A stretch of 63,105 nucleotides of DNA, counting the filler, from Folioceros fuciformis (taxonomy: Eukaryota): the NCBI GenBank assembly GCA_049999805.1. It is 26 parts of 26 records of this genome, joined end to end, with 100 filler letters (N's around TTAATTAATTAA, not from the genome) between each part and the next. Parts side by side here need not be neighbours in the genome. Positions count along the whole stretch, not along the records: positions 20,213 to 30,498 come from JBNGIO010000014.1; positions 30,599 to 35,936 come from JBNGIO010000015.1; 24 more parts are not named here. One strand, given 5' to 3'. Under the pieces are notes generated by a model that had not been told where the DNA came from, searched no databases, and was given only the letters and a program-made list of their open reading frames with translations. The position numbers and the translations under genes are program-made. This document shows, piece by piece, positions 22,319 through 35,708 of this stretch (its first letter is position 1; every line of letters starts with the position of its first letter).

Positions 22319-24275
22319 TGGTATCAGAGCAGGATCCCTTCCCTCTGATCATTGATCTCATCCATACCAGCCACACCATAATGCCCCGCCAATTGCGACC
22401 TAGTGCCTGGTGATCAGAGGCTTAAGGCGCCTTGCAAAGAAGGCAAAGAAAAAAAAAAGCCAAATACCTTCAATGGCAAAGGTCCAACAGAGAGATTCAA
22501 TACCTCAAAGAGGCACAGGAAAACCTTTGTCATTATGGCTGGTTCAGGACCTGCGGTGTCCTACTTTTTAATTGGCGAAGAACTACTCCTCATAGGTCAC
22601 CTAGAACATAATGATTATGACTTCTCATACATCCAGGTAGAATACCTCTTCCATCAACAATGAAAAGGGAATTTACCACATGTCTAGACATCATCGCTCC
22701 CATCTCACTCACAGAAAGTAATCTCTCACCTCAGTTCTCTATGTAGACAGCACAACCTCTTCATGCTCCCATCTGCGAAGGAAATTCAAGAAACACAAAC
22801 CTCAATAATACATAAAATCAACAGTCTAGACGAATCACATTCCCACATCAAATTCCCTCAACGAACTTACAGAGTTGTCCTCGCCATGCAGTTAGATGTA
22901 TCTAGTATAATTAGAAACACTGTCTTCAGCGTTTAGAACGCCACCAACACCATGTCCTCCCACACCAGCCTGTCCAAAGAAGACAAGTTTGATGGTTAGT
23001 AGCAAACCTTTCCAACATGGAAATGTAGAATAAAAATATCCTAAAGGAGAGAAAATTATGGGGCTACGTAGAAGGCATAGGCAACCCCCCTGTTCCCATA
23101 GCCTACCCAACCAACGGAACAACAAAAGAAAAGGAGGACTAGGAAGACGCTAATCAACAAGCACACAACGTGATCATCCAGGCTATGCGTCATGGGAATG
23201 TCCAACAGATCGAAAACACAGACACTAGACACTGCAGCAGCTGCCTGGCAGCAATTGCACGATATAATATTATGCACACCGTACACACTTCTTTGGCCTG
23301 CGCACACAAGAGGGAGGTCTCGTTGACCAACATACTATGCACTTCCGTAGCTGGTCAACAAAATTCAAGGCCACTGGATTTGCCCTTACCAAAGATCTTT
23401 CTGCTGCCCTACTCCTTTCCACGCTGCCCGAGTCCTGGGTTAGTGTTGTGTAGTCCCTTCAAGGAGTAACCCCCCTGACAGTCAACAAAGTTATTAGCTC
23501 TATGCTAACAGAAGAAGCAAGACGCAAATTATCCAACACTTTTTATGCTGGAGAATCTTCCTCCAGCGCCTATTTTACAGGCAAAAGATTTAGGGGTAGG
23601 GGCCCTGGCATGGGAGGACAACCACATCCCCGTGGACCGGGCAATTATTAGGGTACTTACCATAGTCGAGGAAGAGGATACTACAATCCCCCTTGGAAAC
23701 CCGTCTGCGGGTACTGTAAAATTCTAGGACATACCTATGAGGAATGTCGGAAAAGACAAGCTGCAAACAACCCACAACGTCGACGTGAGCAGATAGGACA
23801 ACTCGCCCTCACAATAGAAAGACATACAAGAGCATATTTAACACACACACCTCAATCATCCCAAGATCAGCTAGATCAACCAAGTTCCTCTAATCCAACA
23901 GCTTATGTGGCATCCTGCCTTGCACCTCAGGGACATCACACATGGTACATTGACTCAGGTGCCTCCCAACACATGACATGGAACCTAGAATACTTCACAG
24001 AGATCAACCCTACACAGCCACCTCAGTATGTTAGTCTAGGAGATGACTCCAGACACAAAATACAGGGTCATGGGTCCTTCAAAATTAACCTTAAAACAAC
24101 ATCTACCTTGCACATATCAGGCGTTCTTTATGTACCAGGGCTTACAAAGAACCTTTTCTCAGTTAGAAAGGTAGATGAATCAAGCTATTACGTATGCTTC
24201 GGGGATGGTCACTGCATCATTGAAACCCCGCAAAGGGAACTCCTTGCTACAGGAGCCTTACAAAACAACGACTTG
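22319..24275 (+). pseudogene. Decayed Ty1/Copia 5' half (PBS, accessory-ORF remnants, gag, protease) related to E3, interrupted by a Gypsy insertion
   Basis: CA then TGGTATCAGAGC at 22319; ILKERKLWGYVEG; HTWYIDSGASQHMT and VLYVPGLTKNLFSVRKVD closely match E3; many frameshifts and stops. Confidence 0.88.
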
Positions 24276-24611
24276 TGTTACGGGGCAGCTCTGGATTCCG
24301 GCTTTGGGAAAATGGACGTTCTCTTCATGTTCGGATTCGCTACAAATACATGTGTGCGAGCAGTGCCAAGAAGGATGTGCCTGCCCGCCTAACTACCCTA
24401 CTTCTTGGGATTCTACTGGTATAACAATTTAGTTATCCGGATATCCTATATACTGGCATTTATCTATTTAATTAGTATCTGTTTAATTATTTCGTATCAG
24501 CTGGGCATTCGCTAAAACCATGAGTGTTTCGTAGGGTTCCTGCTACCTGTTTCGTGGTAGCTTCGGTTCCTCGGCGGATGACTTGAGTGGCCTGCTCGTC
24601 ATCACGTTTCA
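24276..24611 (-). repeat. 3' LTR of the chromovirus (336 bp)
   Basis: Matches 30176-30498 apart from about 15 substitutions and two indels (counted by eye). Confidence 0.95.
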
Positions 24612-27600
24612 TTCTCCCCCACTTGCTGGGGCTGGGTCCTCCTGGCCATCTGGAATCTGCTCGCGCAAACGGGGGAACTGTAGATAGAAATCCTCGGGTT
24701 CCCATGTTGCTGCTGAATCGGGCTCGCCCTCCCACGCAACCAGGAAGTCACGGATGTGTCGGTGCCGGAGGTGCCGGTCTCGACGTTGGAGGATGCGGGT
24801 CGGTTGGTGGGGTATTGGTGATACCGTCGGGAGGGGTTCAGAGGGAAGACTGTGGCTGGCCTCCGAAGAGGGAATGGGAGTCTGTGTCCTAGAATGGGTG
24901 ACTGAGGGTTGGCTGGTTACTAGCACAGACTCAACTGGTGTCGGCAATGAGGGAAGTTCAGCACGGCAGTGGATCATTGGTTTCAACAGGGACACATGGA
25001 ATGTTCAGCAGAGGCGCCAAACGGCGGGCAGTTCAAGCTGGTACGTGACCTTGTTGATGCGTTTCAACACCCGGAAAGGACCTGCAAAGCGGTAGGTTGC
25101 GTTGCTGAATCATGTCAGGATACCTGTGGGGCTTGACTCGGAGCCAAACAAACTGGCCAACGGAGTAGTTGATGTCGCGTCGGTGACGGTTTGCTGTGAT
25201 GCAGGTCTGGTCTTGTGTTGCTTGGAGTTTTGTCGAGCCATCTTGGCCTCGTGCCATATGTCCTCGGCGATTTCAACAGCGCTTCGCCACTTGTCTTGAC
25301 TGTTGGGCCATAAGCCTGAAGGTGGGGGTGTCTCACCATACAGGAGTTTGAAGGGAGTAACCCCTGTGGCTGCGTGCTTCAAGGAATTGTACGCATACTC
25401 CAATAAGGGAAGGAGTTCCTCCCACTTCGTCTGCTTCTCGTATGTGACGAAGCATGTCTTCTAACACCTGATTCTGCTTCTCTGTCTGGCCGTCCGTCTT
25501 TGGGTGATAGGCTGAAGACATGTTCTGTTTGATGCCTAGTGTGTCCATGAAGTTCCGCCAAAACCCGAAGGTGAATTTCGCGTCCTTGTCCGACACAATG
25601 TCCTCTGGTGTTTCGTGTAATCGGAAGATTTCACGGACAAAAAGGGTGGCCAGTTTGGGGGCAGTGATGGTCGAGGTGACTGGAATGAAGTGGTAGACCT
25701 TGGAAAACCTACCTGTCACCACCTACATGCTGTCCTTACCAGAGCGGGTACGAGGTAGGTGTGTAATGAAGTCCATGGCTATTGACAGCCACTGGGGATT
25801 TGGAGGGGTTGGAGTAGACCTGGGTATTTCTGATGGCTAGGTTTGGCTTGTTGGTAGGATTGACAGGAGCGCACCTACTCTATGCAATCGGAGCGCATGC
25901 CTTCCCAGTGGAAATGTTCCTGAACCTTGGCATAGGTTTTGTCAATACCCAAGTGCCCCAAGATTGGGGAATCATGCAGATAATGGAGGATGGCCTGTTT
26001 GACAGCAGTGAGCTAGGAGGGGATGACCAACCGGTCCTTACGGTAAACACAGGCATCCTTGAGGGAATAGAGTTGGGTAAGTGCTGTGGGAATACTTGTT
26101 GCTGCATCTGCTAAGAAATTTTGATACAGCTGCCACAACTCTAGGTCTTGAGGCAATCCATCCCGGACTAACTGCACCGTTTGGGACTGTGTGGTCATGA
26201 GTGTGCAGGCTCTCCTGCTCAAGGCATCTGCGACCACGTTAGAAGTCCCAGTGACATACTTGATCCCGAGGTCAAAATCCGCCAGGTATTTGGCCCACCT
26301 GCGTTGTCTGGAGTTGAGGTTGGGTTGTGAGAAGAAATGTTGCAAGGAGTGGTGGTATGTGTGACACACCACCTTCTGGCCTAAAAGGTAAGGCCTCCAC
26401 ACCTTGAGAGCGTGGGTGATCGCCAACACCTCTTTGTCATGTATAGCGTAATTCAACTGTGCCCCTTGCAACTTCCTAGATTCTTAGACAATAGCTCGAC
26501 CCTGTTGTGACAGTACTGCACCCATAGCAAAATCTGATGCGTCTATGTGCAGGGTGTATGGGGCTTGGGGGTCTGCCACCGCTAGCACGGGAGCCGACCT
26601 AAGGGCTTGCTTGAGCTATTCAAATGCCTGGATGGCCGCTGGCCCCAATTGTAAGGGTTTGATGGTTGAGTGCCTGAGGGCATTCGTTAGGGGAACAACT
26701 ATCTTACTGAAACTTTAGATGGAGCGGCGGTAAAATCCGGCCATGCCCAGGAACCCACGTAGTTTGTGTGATATCCTGGGGTAGGGGCCAGTCCACCACG
26801 GCTTTGACCTTGCGGGGATCTACCCGGATACATGTTGCACTAATGATGTGGCCCAGGTATTCACAATCTTGCCTCATGAAGTCACACTTACTTCTTTTGG
26901 CCAACAACTTGTTTGCACGTAGCAGCTCAAGTACCTTTCTGACCAAGGTGTAATGTTTCTCTAGGTCAGGTGTGTATATGAGGATGTCGTTGAGGAAAAC
27001 TTCTACGCCGTGCCCCAACAATGGTCGTAAGATGTCTTGCATGAGACATTGGAATGTTGCAGGTGCGTTTGTCAAGCCAAACGGCATGACCCTGAACTCG
27101 AAGTGGCCATGTTTTGTGCGGAAGGCGGTTTTAGACTCATCCCCTTCCTTGATCCTGATCTGGTGGAAGCCGGATCTCAGATCAATCTTGGTAAACCACT
27201 TTGCATCGTGAAGTTGGTCCAGGATCTCATCGATCCTCGGCATCTGGTAGACATTTCTGACTGTGGCCCGGTTGAGTCCTCGATAGTCAATGCATAGTCG
27301 CCAACCACCATCTGGTTTGCCAACAAGAAGGACTGGGGCTCCGAAGGGGGACACTGAAGGGCATACAAACCCTTTCTGTAGAAGTTCGCCTACTTGTTTT
27401 TTTATTTCCTCGTTTTCAGTGGCTAACGTACGGTATCGCTGGATACTGATGGGTTTATGGCCTGGCAGGAGCGCTATGGCATGGTCGATAGGACGTCTAG
27501 GGGGGAGTTTTGCTGGTTCAGTGAACACATCTTGGAACTCCTGTAGTAGTGACTTCATGGTGGGTGGTAGGAGTTCCTCATGAGCCTTGGCTTCTACAGC

Positions 27601-29414
27601 TCTGGACTCTGGGGTTCCTTCTAGGGGTAAGACTTTTTTCAGCTTAGCTACGTACATGAACCTGCCAGAGGCAATGGCTATATTGAAAGCAGATACTGCA
27701 AACAACTGTTTGTCGGGGGTATACTGTTCACCCTGCATGGTGTATGTCTTGTCCCCCTTTGTAAGACTCACTATGTTAGACAACTAGTCTATGTCTAATG
27801 TGTGGGTATGCTTGGCCAGCCAGGGCTTACTAATAATGATGTCATGACACAAGGACGGCATTACAGTCAGCTTGAAGACTTTTGCAAAACCACATGGGAA
27901 GGTGATTAGTGCATTAGTCCACTCTTGTTGGTTTCATGCTCGCCCAACGGTGTCACTACTATGGACACATGTCCTGAGGTACGGATCTGCAAGCCAACCT
28001 TTTCATCAGCGGATCTTGACACATAATGATGATTGGCACCAGAGTCTAGCAGGGCTTTGGCTCGGGCACCTTCTAGACCAACCTCTAGTTTGATGGGCAC
28101 GTGGGTCAGGTAACCCTCTTGGAGATTTGACTTCCTTGAGATCATTGCAGCTATGGCATGGGTACTGACCTCGGTTGTGTTGATGGCATGTCCGCTCTTG
28201 GGAGGGTTTGGGTTTGGGTTTGGTTGGCTCACTCTGGTGGTCTTCCCAGTTTCTCTCAACCAGCTGATGAAGTCCTTGCGGAAAGGGCAGTTCTTTGAAC
28301 CGTGGTCTTGTGCCATGCAAGTGAAACATTTCCTCTTCTCACTATATCCCTTCTTCTCCTCCTCCATCAGTATTTTGAAAGTTGGTTTCTTGTTTGACGC
28401 GTTAGCTGTCTTGTTCCACTTAGGCTTGGAGGGACCTGCGGAAGAGAAGTGTTTGTATTTGTTCATACCATAATTGATGGCTGCTCGCATCGCTTCGACC
28501 AAAGTTGCTAGGTTTGTTTGGTTCACATCCGCTCTCATGTTGAATTTCAGTCCGTCGATGAATTTCTCGATCTTTTGCTCCTCATCCAGCCTGGGCATGT
28601 CAAGTGTGAGTTGGAGAAACTTATCACAGTACTCTTGTACACTACCTTGTTGGAATATCTTTCGGAATTGTTGATACAAGTCTCTGCGATGATTCACCGG
28701 CAGGAACTGTTCCAAGAAGAGCTACTTGAGGACTGGCCAGGAGTACACAGGCGGTTCCATGCCGAGGTCCACCTGTTTTTCTCTCTAGCGCCACCAACGG
28801 TAGGCATATCCTTCAAGCGACATCACGTAGAACGGGATCTTTTGCAAATCGTCTTTGTCAAAGGCTACAAGGTACTTGTTGAGTTTGTCCAACCAGTCAT
28901 GCACACTTTGAGCATCTTTGGCACTTCCGTCCAACGTTGTGGTCTTGATTTTCTGGTGTAACTCCTTGTCGAGCTGGGGCTTCGGTTTGAACGGGTATTC
29001 TTCTCCCCCTTGAGCTTCTCCACTCGATCGACCTCGTTGGCGCTCCCAATGCTCATATCTCATCATCTGCAGATGCCTCACCATTGCTTTGATGTCTTTG
29101 TTCTCTTCCTCGCCAGGTTGGAGTTCTACGATGAGTTTCTTCCTCAACTCCCCTTCCTCCAGGTGGGATTCCCTCTCAGCACAAGGTACGGTGGTGTACC
29201 TCCGTTCTTCTCCCCTTCCCTTGTCTTGATGGGTTGCTCCTGATAGTCTTCCATCCACAGGTGTGGAGAGGTGTGTCCCGTCCATCGATGGTACGGGTCT
29301 GGTCACCTCAGCGTCCGAGGGTGGGAATTGGTGAGCGCCTGGGGGTGTTGGTTGCTCCAGCGTCTGGAGCACACCCTCTAGCTGCCTCTCCAGTCGGGCT
29401 TGGCCCTCCCCCAC
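24609..29414 (-). pseudogene. gag-pol: Gypsy gag-pol, fragmented
   Basis: Gag QQGSVQEYCDKF and CFTCMAQDHGSKNCP; PR ALLDSGANH; RT WRLCIDYRGLN, MPFGLTNAPATFQ, FLNDILIY (catalytic D lost); RH NYAIHDKEVLAI; IN SAYHPKTDGQTE; chromodomain FLVAWEGEPDSAATWEPE. Confidence 0.93.
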
Positions 29415-30175
29415 CTGGACTTCGATCCGATCGACAGCCCGCTTCTACCTTAGCCAGCTGTTGGTCTTGTCGAGACAAGGATGAGCGCAGTTCGTCGCAG
29501 GTATGTTTGACGTTGGCTGTCCTTTCCTCCATTCTTCGCAAGGTGTCTGTTCGATTTGCTTCACTCCCGGTTGGCTCACCTATTGTGTTCTGTGCAGGAG
29601 GGTGGCGTGATTCCGCTGGAGTGCTGTGCTTCCTCGGGCGTCCACGTTGCCGGCTTACCTACTATGAGGCATAGTCAGCAAGAATTCATGGAGCGTCCGG
29701 TTTGGGGTCCAACCTCTGCAACCGATTCTCGACCTCCTCTCGAGCCAGGAGGCGGCGAGTGTGTTCCCGGCTCTGGCGCTCCTGGGGAGCCGGCACTTCT
29801 GCGATTTATGGCCCCAGTGGTGGAACAAGGGGGAGATGGCCTCCTGAGGAATCGTGGAGGTGCTACTGTGCGCGGCGGCACACCCTCTCTCCAATTCCTT
29901 TGAATGGGTCTTCTTCCTCGCTTGCGCTGGAGATTGCTGGTTCCTCTGCTAGGGTCAAGGCGCGACTATCCATGCTACCTTTCTTGGAGAAATTTCCAAG
30001 ACTCCTCCTGGTTTCTGCCCTCCTCCTGGTTGGTCCGTTCTCTGTCGCTGGTGATGGTTGCTGGGAAGCTGCTGCTACCACCTCTAGGTGCTCCCGAACT
30101 CGGCCTCTAGATCCTGGCTGCCGACCTTGATCCTAGATCTAAGGGTGGCTAGCTCATAGGCTCTGATACCAAAGA

Positions 30176-30498
30176 TGTTACGGGGCAGCTCTGGATTCCA
30201 ACTTTGGGAAAATGGACGTTCTCTTCATGTTCGGATTCGCTACAAATACATGTGTGTGAGCAGTGCCAAGAAGGTTGTGCCTGCCCGCCTAACTACCCTA
30301 CTTCTCGGGATTCTACTGGTATAACAATTTTTAGTTATCTAGATATCCTGTATATTGGCATTTATCTATTTAATTAGTTCGTATCAGCTGGGTATTCGCT
30401 AAAACCATGAGTGTTTTGTAGGGTTCATGCTACCTATTTCGTGGTAGCTTCGGTTCCTTGGCGGATGACTTGAGTGGCCTGCTTGTCATCACGTTTCA
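30176..30498 (-). repeat. 5' LTR of the chromovirus (323 bp)
   Basis: TGAAACG...GTAACA on minus strand, followed 4 nt later by the PBS. Confidence 0.95.
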
Positions 30499-30833
30499 NN
30501 NNNNNNNNNNNNNNNNNNNNNNNNNNNNNNNNNNNNNNNNNNTTAATTAATTAANNNNNNNNNNNNNNNNNNNNNNNNNNNNNNNNNNNNNNNNNNNNAC
30601 CTGTATGTCTAACCTATGTTAGGGTTAGACACGCCTATACTAACACTCCCACTCAGGTCTTAGAGTTAGGATGTGTACTATTTATAGTTTGTGTTTATAG
30701 ATATAGAAATATATATGTATGTTTTGTTCACTACTTAACTGCTACGAAACGCAAACAAACCTAGCTAAAGAAACTTGATTATCCTGCAAAGAAACTCGTC
30801 AGCCCTAAGCAGGAATCGCCGCCCCTTCAGACT

Positions 30834-33800
30834 TCAATCTTCACGCTCCGTGCTTGCTCTCCGGTCCGCCGCTGTGCTCCACCTCAAGGGATTGCCTGCT
30901 GATCTCAGCCCCATGGCCGCCGCATGCTCATAATGCTTGATGCGCCCCAAGGCCTTCGTCAGTATGTCTGCGGTCATTGCTTCTGTGGGGCAGTAGGAGA
31001 TCCTTACCAGGCCTTGAGCTACAGATTCGCGGATGTAGTGATGCTCAATTCCAATATGCTTGGTCCTGGCGTGGAAGCGAGGATTCATCGTTAGCGCGAT
31101 TGCGCTCTGGTTGTCACACAGCAAATCTATTGGCAGTTCCTGCGGTATGCCCAGCTCTCTCAATGCTCCCACTGACCAGGTGATTTCTTTGCACGCCTCC
31201 GTGAGGCTCTTGTATTCCTCTTCCGTAGAGGACAGGGCAATGGTTGACTGCTTCTTGCTGCTCCATGAGATTGCCCCGCCTGCTAGGATTGTCACATAAC
31301 TACTAATGCTCTTGCGGCTGTCTGGGTCTCCACCCCAGTCAGCGTCGCTGTAGACTGTAAGACGCAGTGCATTCTTTGCCTTCGAGCTGTACAAGATCCC
31401 CCACTCAGCTGTCCCAGCAATATACCTATAGACCCTTGTCATCAGGTCTTGATGTGCTCGATTGGGATTTGAGACAAACCGTGAGGTCAGTCCAGAGGTG
31501 AACGCCAGATCAGGCCTGCTGCCTATCATCAAATGCATTATGCTTCCGTTCTCCGATGAATACAACTCGACATAGTGTGCGTCCTCCTCAGGTATCTCTC
31601 CCTGCTGCTGAGTGTACTTTACATTCTGCTCTACTGAAGTAGCTACAGGCTTGCAGCCAGTCATGCCATATCTGGCCAAAATCTACTGAGCATACTTGTG
31701 CTGGTGCAGGAAAATGGTGCCCGCACCCCGATTTCGAAGTAGCTGCATGCCCAAGCAGTAGGAGAGAGCACCAGCCTCTGTAGTCTTAAATGCTCTTCTC
31801 AGGTTTTCCTTCAAGTCAGATATCATGCGTAGAGAGTTACTGAGGATGATGATATCATCCACATAAATGGCGAGTGCCAGGAAGCTTGTCCCTTCTCTTT
31901 TCACATAGACGTTACTGTCAGCGTGCAAGCTTCCATATCCGAGCTATGTCAGGTACGTGTGGATTCTTTCGTACCATGCTCGGGGGCTTTGCTTAAGCCC
32001 ATACAAAGTCTTTCTAAGTTTGCATACGGGACGAGACAAATTCGTAGGCACTGATACTCCTTCAGGCACTTGCATATATATCTCCTCCTGCAGGTTCCCA
32101 TAAAGAAATGCTGTGGTGACATCGAGCTGCTCCAGCTCGAGATTGTTCACCGCGGCAAGTGCCACAAACATTCGCAAGGTAGTGAGCTTAACAACAGGGC
32201 TGAACGTGTCATCATAGTCCACCCCAGGTATTTGTGAATACCCTTTTGCTACTAACCTTGCTTTATACCTCGCGATGCTTCCATCAGCTTTTAGTTTAAT
32301 CTTGAACACCCACTTACTGCCCACTGGTTTCCTGTCTGCAGGGAGACTAGCTATAGTCCAGGTTTGGTTCTCATACAGAGAAGCTAGTTCAGACTGGATG
32401 GCGTTATGCCAATGTTCAGCATCAGGGCAGCTGAGTGCTGCTTCATACGTAGGAGGTTCGTATAGAACGGTGTTGGCAGCTAGGCAGTAGGACAGGTTTG
32501 ATTTAGGATGCCGAAAATCTTCGGGTGCAAACATATCTGGTGGTCGGCGTGTTCTCTGAGACTGCCGAGGCTTCCTTCTGTGCTGCTCAACTGGAGAAGC
32601 TGACGGAATCACTGTCTCGGGCTCTTCAAAGGTCAAAGACCCAGCTGAAGGTGTGTCTTGCAGATTCCGGCTGCTAATTATGCGTCCAGGTGTGCGCATA
32701 GGTGTCTGCATAATGGGTGACTGTGGTGCTGGAGGTCTGACTGGTGGCGCCTGTGGTTGTGCTGCAGGTACTGCTGGCGCAGCAGGAAGAGGAACGCGTA
32801 TATCGCCAACCATCATCTCCTCCTCCTCTTCTGCTGAGCCATCATCCGAGCTGGAATAGTCAGGAGGAGTTGCTCCCACTGGCTGTTGGGACTCCACTCC
32901 TTCGACGAACACCACGTCCCTGGAATGGGTGACGACCTTCGTTCGCCGATTGAGCACCTTATACCCTTTGATGCCGTCAGTGAACCCGATAAAAATACAA
33001 TGGTTGGACTTGGGTTCGAACTTTCTACGCAGGTCCTTGTGGATTTGGGTGTACACCGACGAGCCAAAGACACGGAGGTGAGCAAGGTTGGGCTTCCTGC
33101 CTGTCCACATTTCATAAGGTGTTTTTCCCTTCACAGATTTGTGGGCTACCCGGTTTTGAATGTAGGTAGCATACCCTACTGCCTCTGCCCAGTAAGCTTT
33201 TGGCAGATTTGCGTACTGGAGCATGCTGGAAGCCGAAGTCTCCAAGGACTGATTCTTGTGTTCAGAAACCCCATTCTGTTGTGGGGTATAGGCGTTCGTC
33301 AGCTGCCTAGCGATGCCATGCTGGGTGCAAAAAGCATCGAATTCCTTGGATGTGTACTCACCGCCGTTGTCGGACCTCAGGATTTTCAGACGATGACCAG
33401 TTTGGGTCTCAGCCCAAGCCTTGTACTCCACAAAGCATGCGAAAGTTTCTGACTTCTGCTTCAGGAAATATACTACACAAAAACGGGTGTAGTCATCGAT
33501 GAAAGTGGTAAAATACTCCTTCCCTCCAAGAGATACTGGTAGCTTTCCGCATACATCACTGTGTACGAGCCCTAAGATTTCTGTGGCTCTTGTTGCTTGT
33601 CCAACAGGGAAGGATGTGCGCTTGTGTTTGCCCAACACACAAGCCTCACACACTCCAAAATTCTGGAGGTTGTCAAGTGTGATACCGTCCACCAGCTTAT
33701 CTTTGTACATGCTCACAAGCTTCTGAAAATTAATATGACCCAGGCGAAGGTGCCAAAGGTACGTGAGAGATGGCTTTGCATAATGCGAGTGATCAGAAGC

Positions 33801-35165
33801 GGAGAGGGCCTGCTCTTCCGTCACATCTAAATGATATAGGTCGTCCTGCTGTAGGTGTCCAGTGGCCAAGAGGGTGCCATCCTTGTTCTCGACGACACAT
33901 CTACCATCTCCAAAACACACATAGCAGCCCGACTGGTCAATTTTCCGAACTGAAACAAGATTCTTCGCTAGTCCAGGTACATACAGCACATCCGGAATTT
34001 CCAGGTGCTGATCAGGCTTCAGGTCGAGCTGTACAGTCCCCTGTCCAGCAATCGCATGCTGGGAGTTGTCTCCTAGGCACACAAACTTGGCAGGTGTGCT
34101 CTCGTTCAACTCTGTAAAGTATGCAGCATACGGTGTCATATGCTGAGAGGCTCCGCTGTCGATATACCAGGTGTGTGCAGGTTGGCTGGCGAAACAGGTG
34201 ACTACATTGCATTGTTTAGAAGAGTGATCTCGAGGTGAGGTCACTGAGGTGTCATAAATAACACTTGTACAAAATGCTCTGCTGTACTTCTGCATGGTCA
34301 CTGCCAGGTGCCCTGAAGGTCCACCTTCTCCAGCCAGTCTCTTGCGGCAGACTTCCCAGGTGTGATTTGTCATGCCGCAGTGCCCACATGGGGGCCTTCC
34401 TCTGCCACTACCAGAATTTTGAGGCCTAGAGCTAGTGCCTCGGCCTCTGCCTCGGCCTCTACCAAATGGACGACCTCGACCTCGACCTCTGCCAGGTTTG
34501 CCAGTCCACAGGGCCTTGTCTCCTCCTCCAGAGAGAGACGAACTTGCAATTTTCCTTCGAGATTCTTCTGTGAGCATGGCTGCTATCACACGATTGACTG
34601 AAATAGCTTGTATGCCTTGCAGGCCCTGAACCACACTTGACCATGTCTCGGGCAAGGTGGTGAGGAGGATGACCGCCAGGAGCTCCTCCTCAATATTGAA
34701 GCCTGCTGATACCACTCTTGCTCTTGAGTTACGGAACTCGAGTACATGCTGATCCACGGAGTCTGACTCCTTCATTTTCAGGCTCATAAATTGTCTAAGT
34801 ACAAATGTTTGCAGCATGAGATCCCTTGAATCGTACAATGCCTTGATTTGTCTCCACCAGGCAGCAGCACTCTCTTCTGCACCTTGAAACACTCCGGTAT
34901 GGCTGCTCTTTACACTGAAGTGCAGCAAGGTACGCGCCAACTGGTCAGCCTCCTCCCATGCAACCACTTCTTCTGGTGTGGCTCCAACTCCTGGCTTGGG
35001 TGTGGGTACGGGAGGTTTACCCACACCATAGACGTGTGCCCACAGTTTTCTCGATTTGAGAATCTCCTCCATGCTTTTCTGCCATACATGATAATTAGAT
35101 CCATCAAACTTATCCTCCTTTGGTATGTTGATTGCAGGATGTTGAGGAGTCTGCTGCTGGGCCAT
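30834..35165 (-). pseudogene. gag-pol: E3 Gag-Pol with a stop at 31944-31946, a frameshift near 31930 and a stop at 31683-31685
   Basis: GR-repeat plus CGHCGMTNHTWEVC; WYIDSGAS; RSDNGGEY; YKARLVAKG; YVDD; YSDADWG; KHI; ADILTK. Confidence 0.93.
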
Positions 35166-35181
35166 GTTCTTGGACTGCCCC

Positions 35182-35463
35182 TTAGGGCTTCAGGCTCAGC
35201 CAGTCGGCCTTGAGGGAAGCTTCTTTCCCTGTCTCCTTGCAAATATGCAGTTTAACTCTCAAGGTATTGGCCTCAGTCAATGCATGTTCCAGGCGTATGT
35301 TGTACAGGATATGAGAGGCAAACTGCTTGATGACATAAAGTGGCTGATAAACTTGTGCTTTGTAAAACAGGCACGTCACATGATAATGCAGATGCACAAA
35401 GGCTTCATCTGCTGTTATTGGGAGGTGCAGGTCCAGGATCTCCTCGCTGGAAAGGAGCAACAT
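35182..35463 (-). CDS. E3 5' accessory ORF B, 93 aa, unknown function
   Basis: ATG 5 nt after the ORF A stop; stop 16 nt before the gag ATG; weak homologue (LDIIAPIS vs LDLHLPIT) at 22660 onward. Confidence 0.5.
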   Translation of the reverse strand: MLLLSSEEILDLHLPITADEAFVHLHYHVTCLFYKAQVYQPLYVIKQFASHILYNIRLEHALTEANTLRVKLHICKETGKEASLKADWLSLKP

Positions 35464-35468
35464 CGCAT

Positions 35469-35708
35469 TCAGAGTAGATCCGACACATCTATGTTACTCC
35501 AGTCGTAACCGTCCAGGGCTGGATAACCTTGTACAATGTTCGTGGCCATTAGTTCACAAATGATGCAAATTTTGATCCAAACCTGCTGCCAGCGCGTGGG
35601 TGCAAGAGAACGCATGTAAGCCTCCTCCTGCCTTCGTTCCCAGTCTCGCAGTGCTTGTTGTCTGCTGGCCCTCCTTGCAAGGCGCTGCTGTTTTCGCAAA
35701 CCAGGCAT
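35469..35708 (-). CDS. E3 5' accessory ORF A, 79 aa from MPGLRK, unknown function
   Basis: Homologous remnant at 22403-22663 (PG start, RRLAKKAK vs QRLARRAS, DYDFSYIQVEYLF vs GYDWSNIDVSDLL). Confidence 0.6.
   Translation of the reverse strand: MPGLRKQQRLARRASRQQALRDWERRQEEAYMRSLAPTRWQQVWIKICIICELMATNIVQGYPALDGYDWSNIDVSDLL

Larger units (their letters stand above)
24276..30498 (-). mobile_element. Full-length degenerate Ty3/Gypsy chromovirus
   Basis: Two LTRs (30176-30498 and 24276-24611, TG..CA); PBS TGGTATCAGAGCC on minus at 30159-30171; PPT GGGGGAGAA next to 24612; order gag-PR-RT-RH-IN-chromodomain. Confidence 0.96.
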
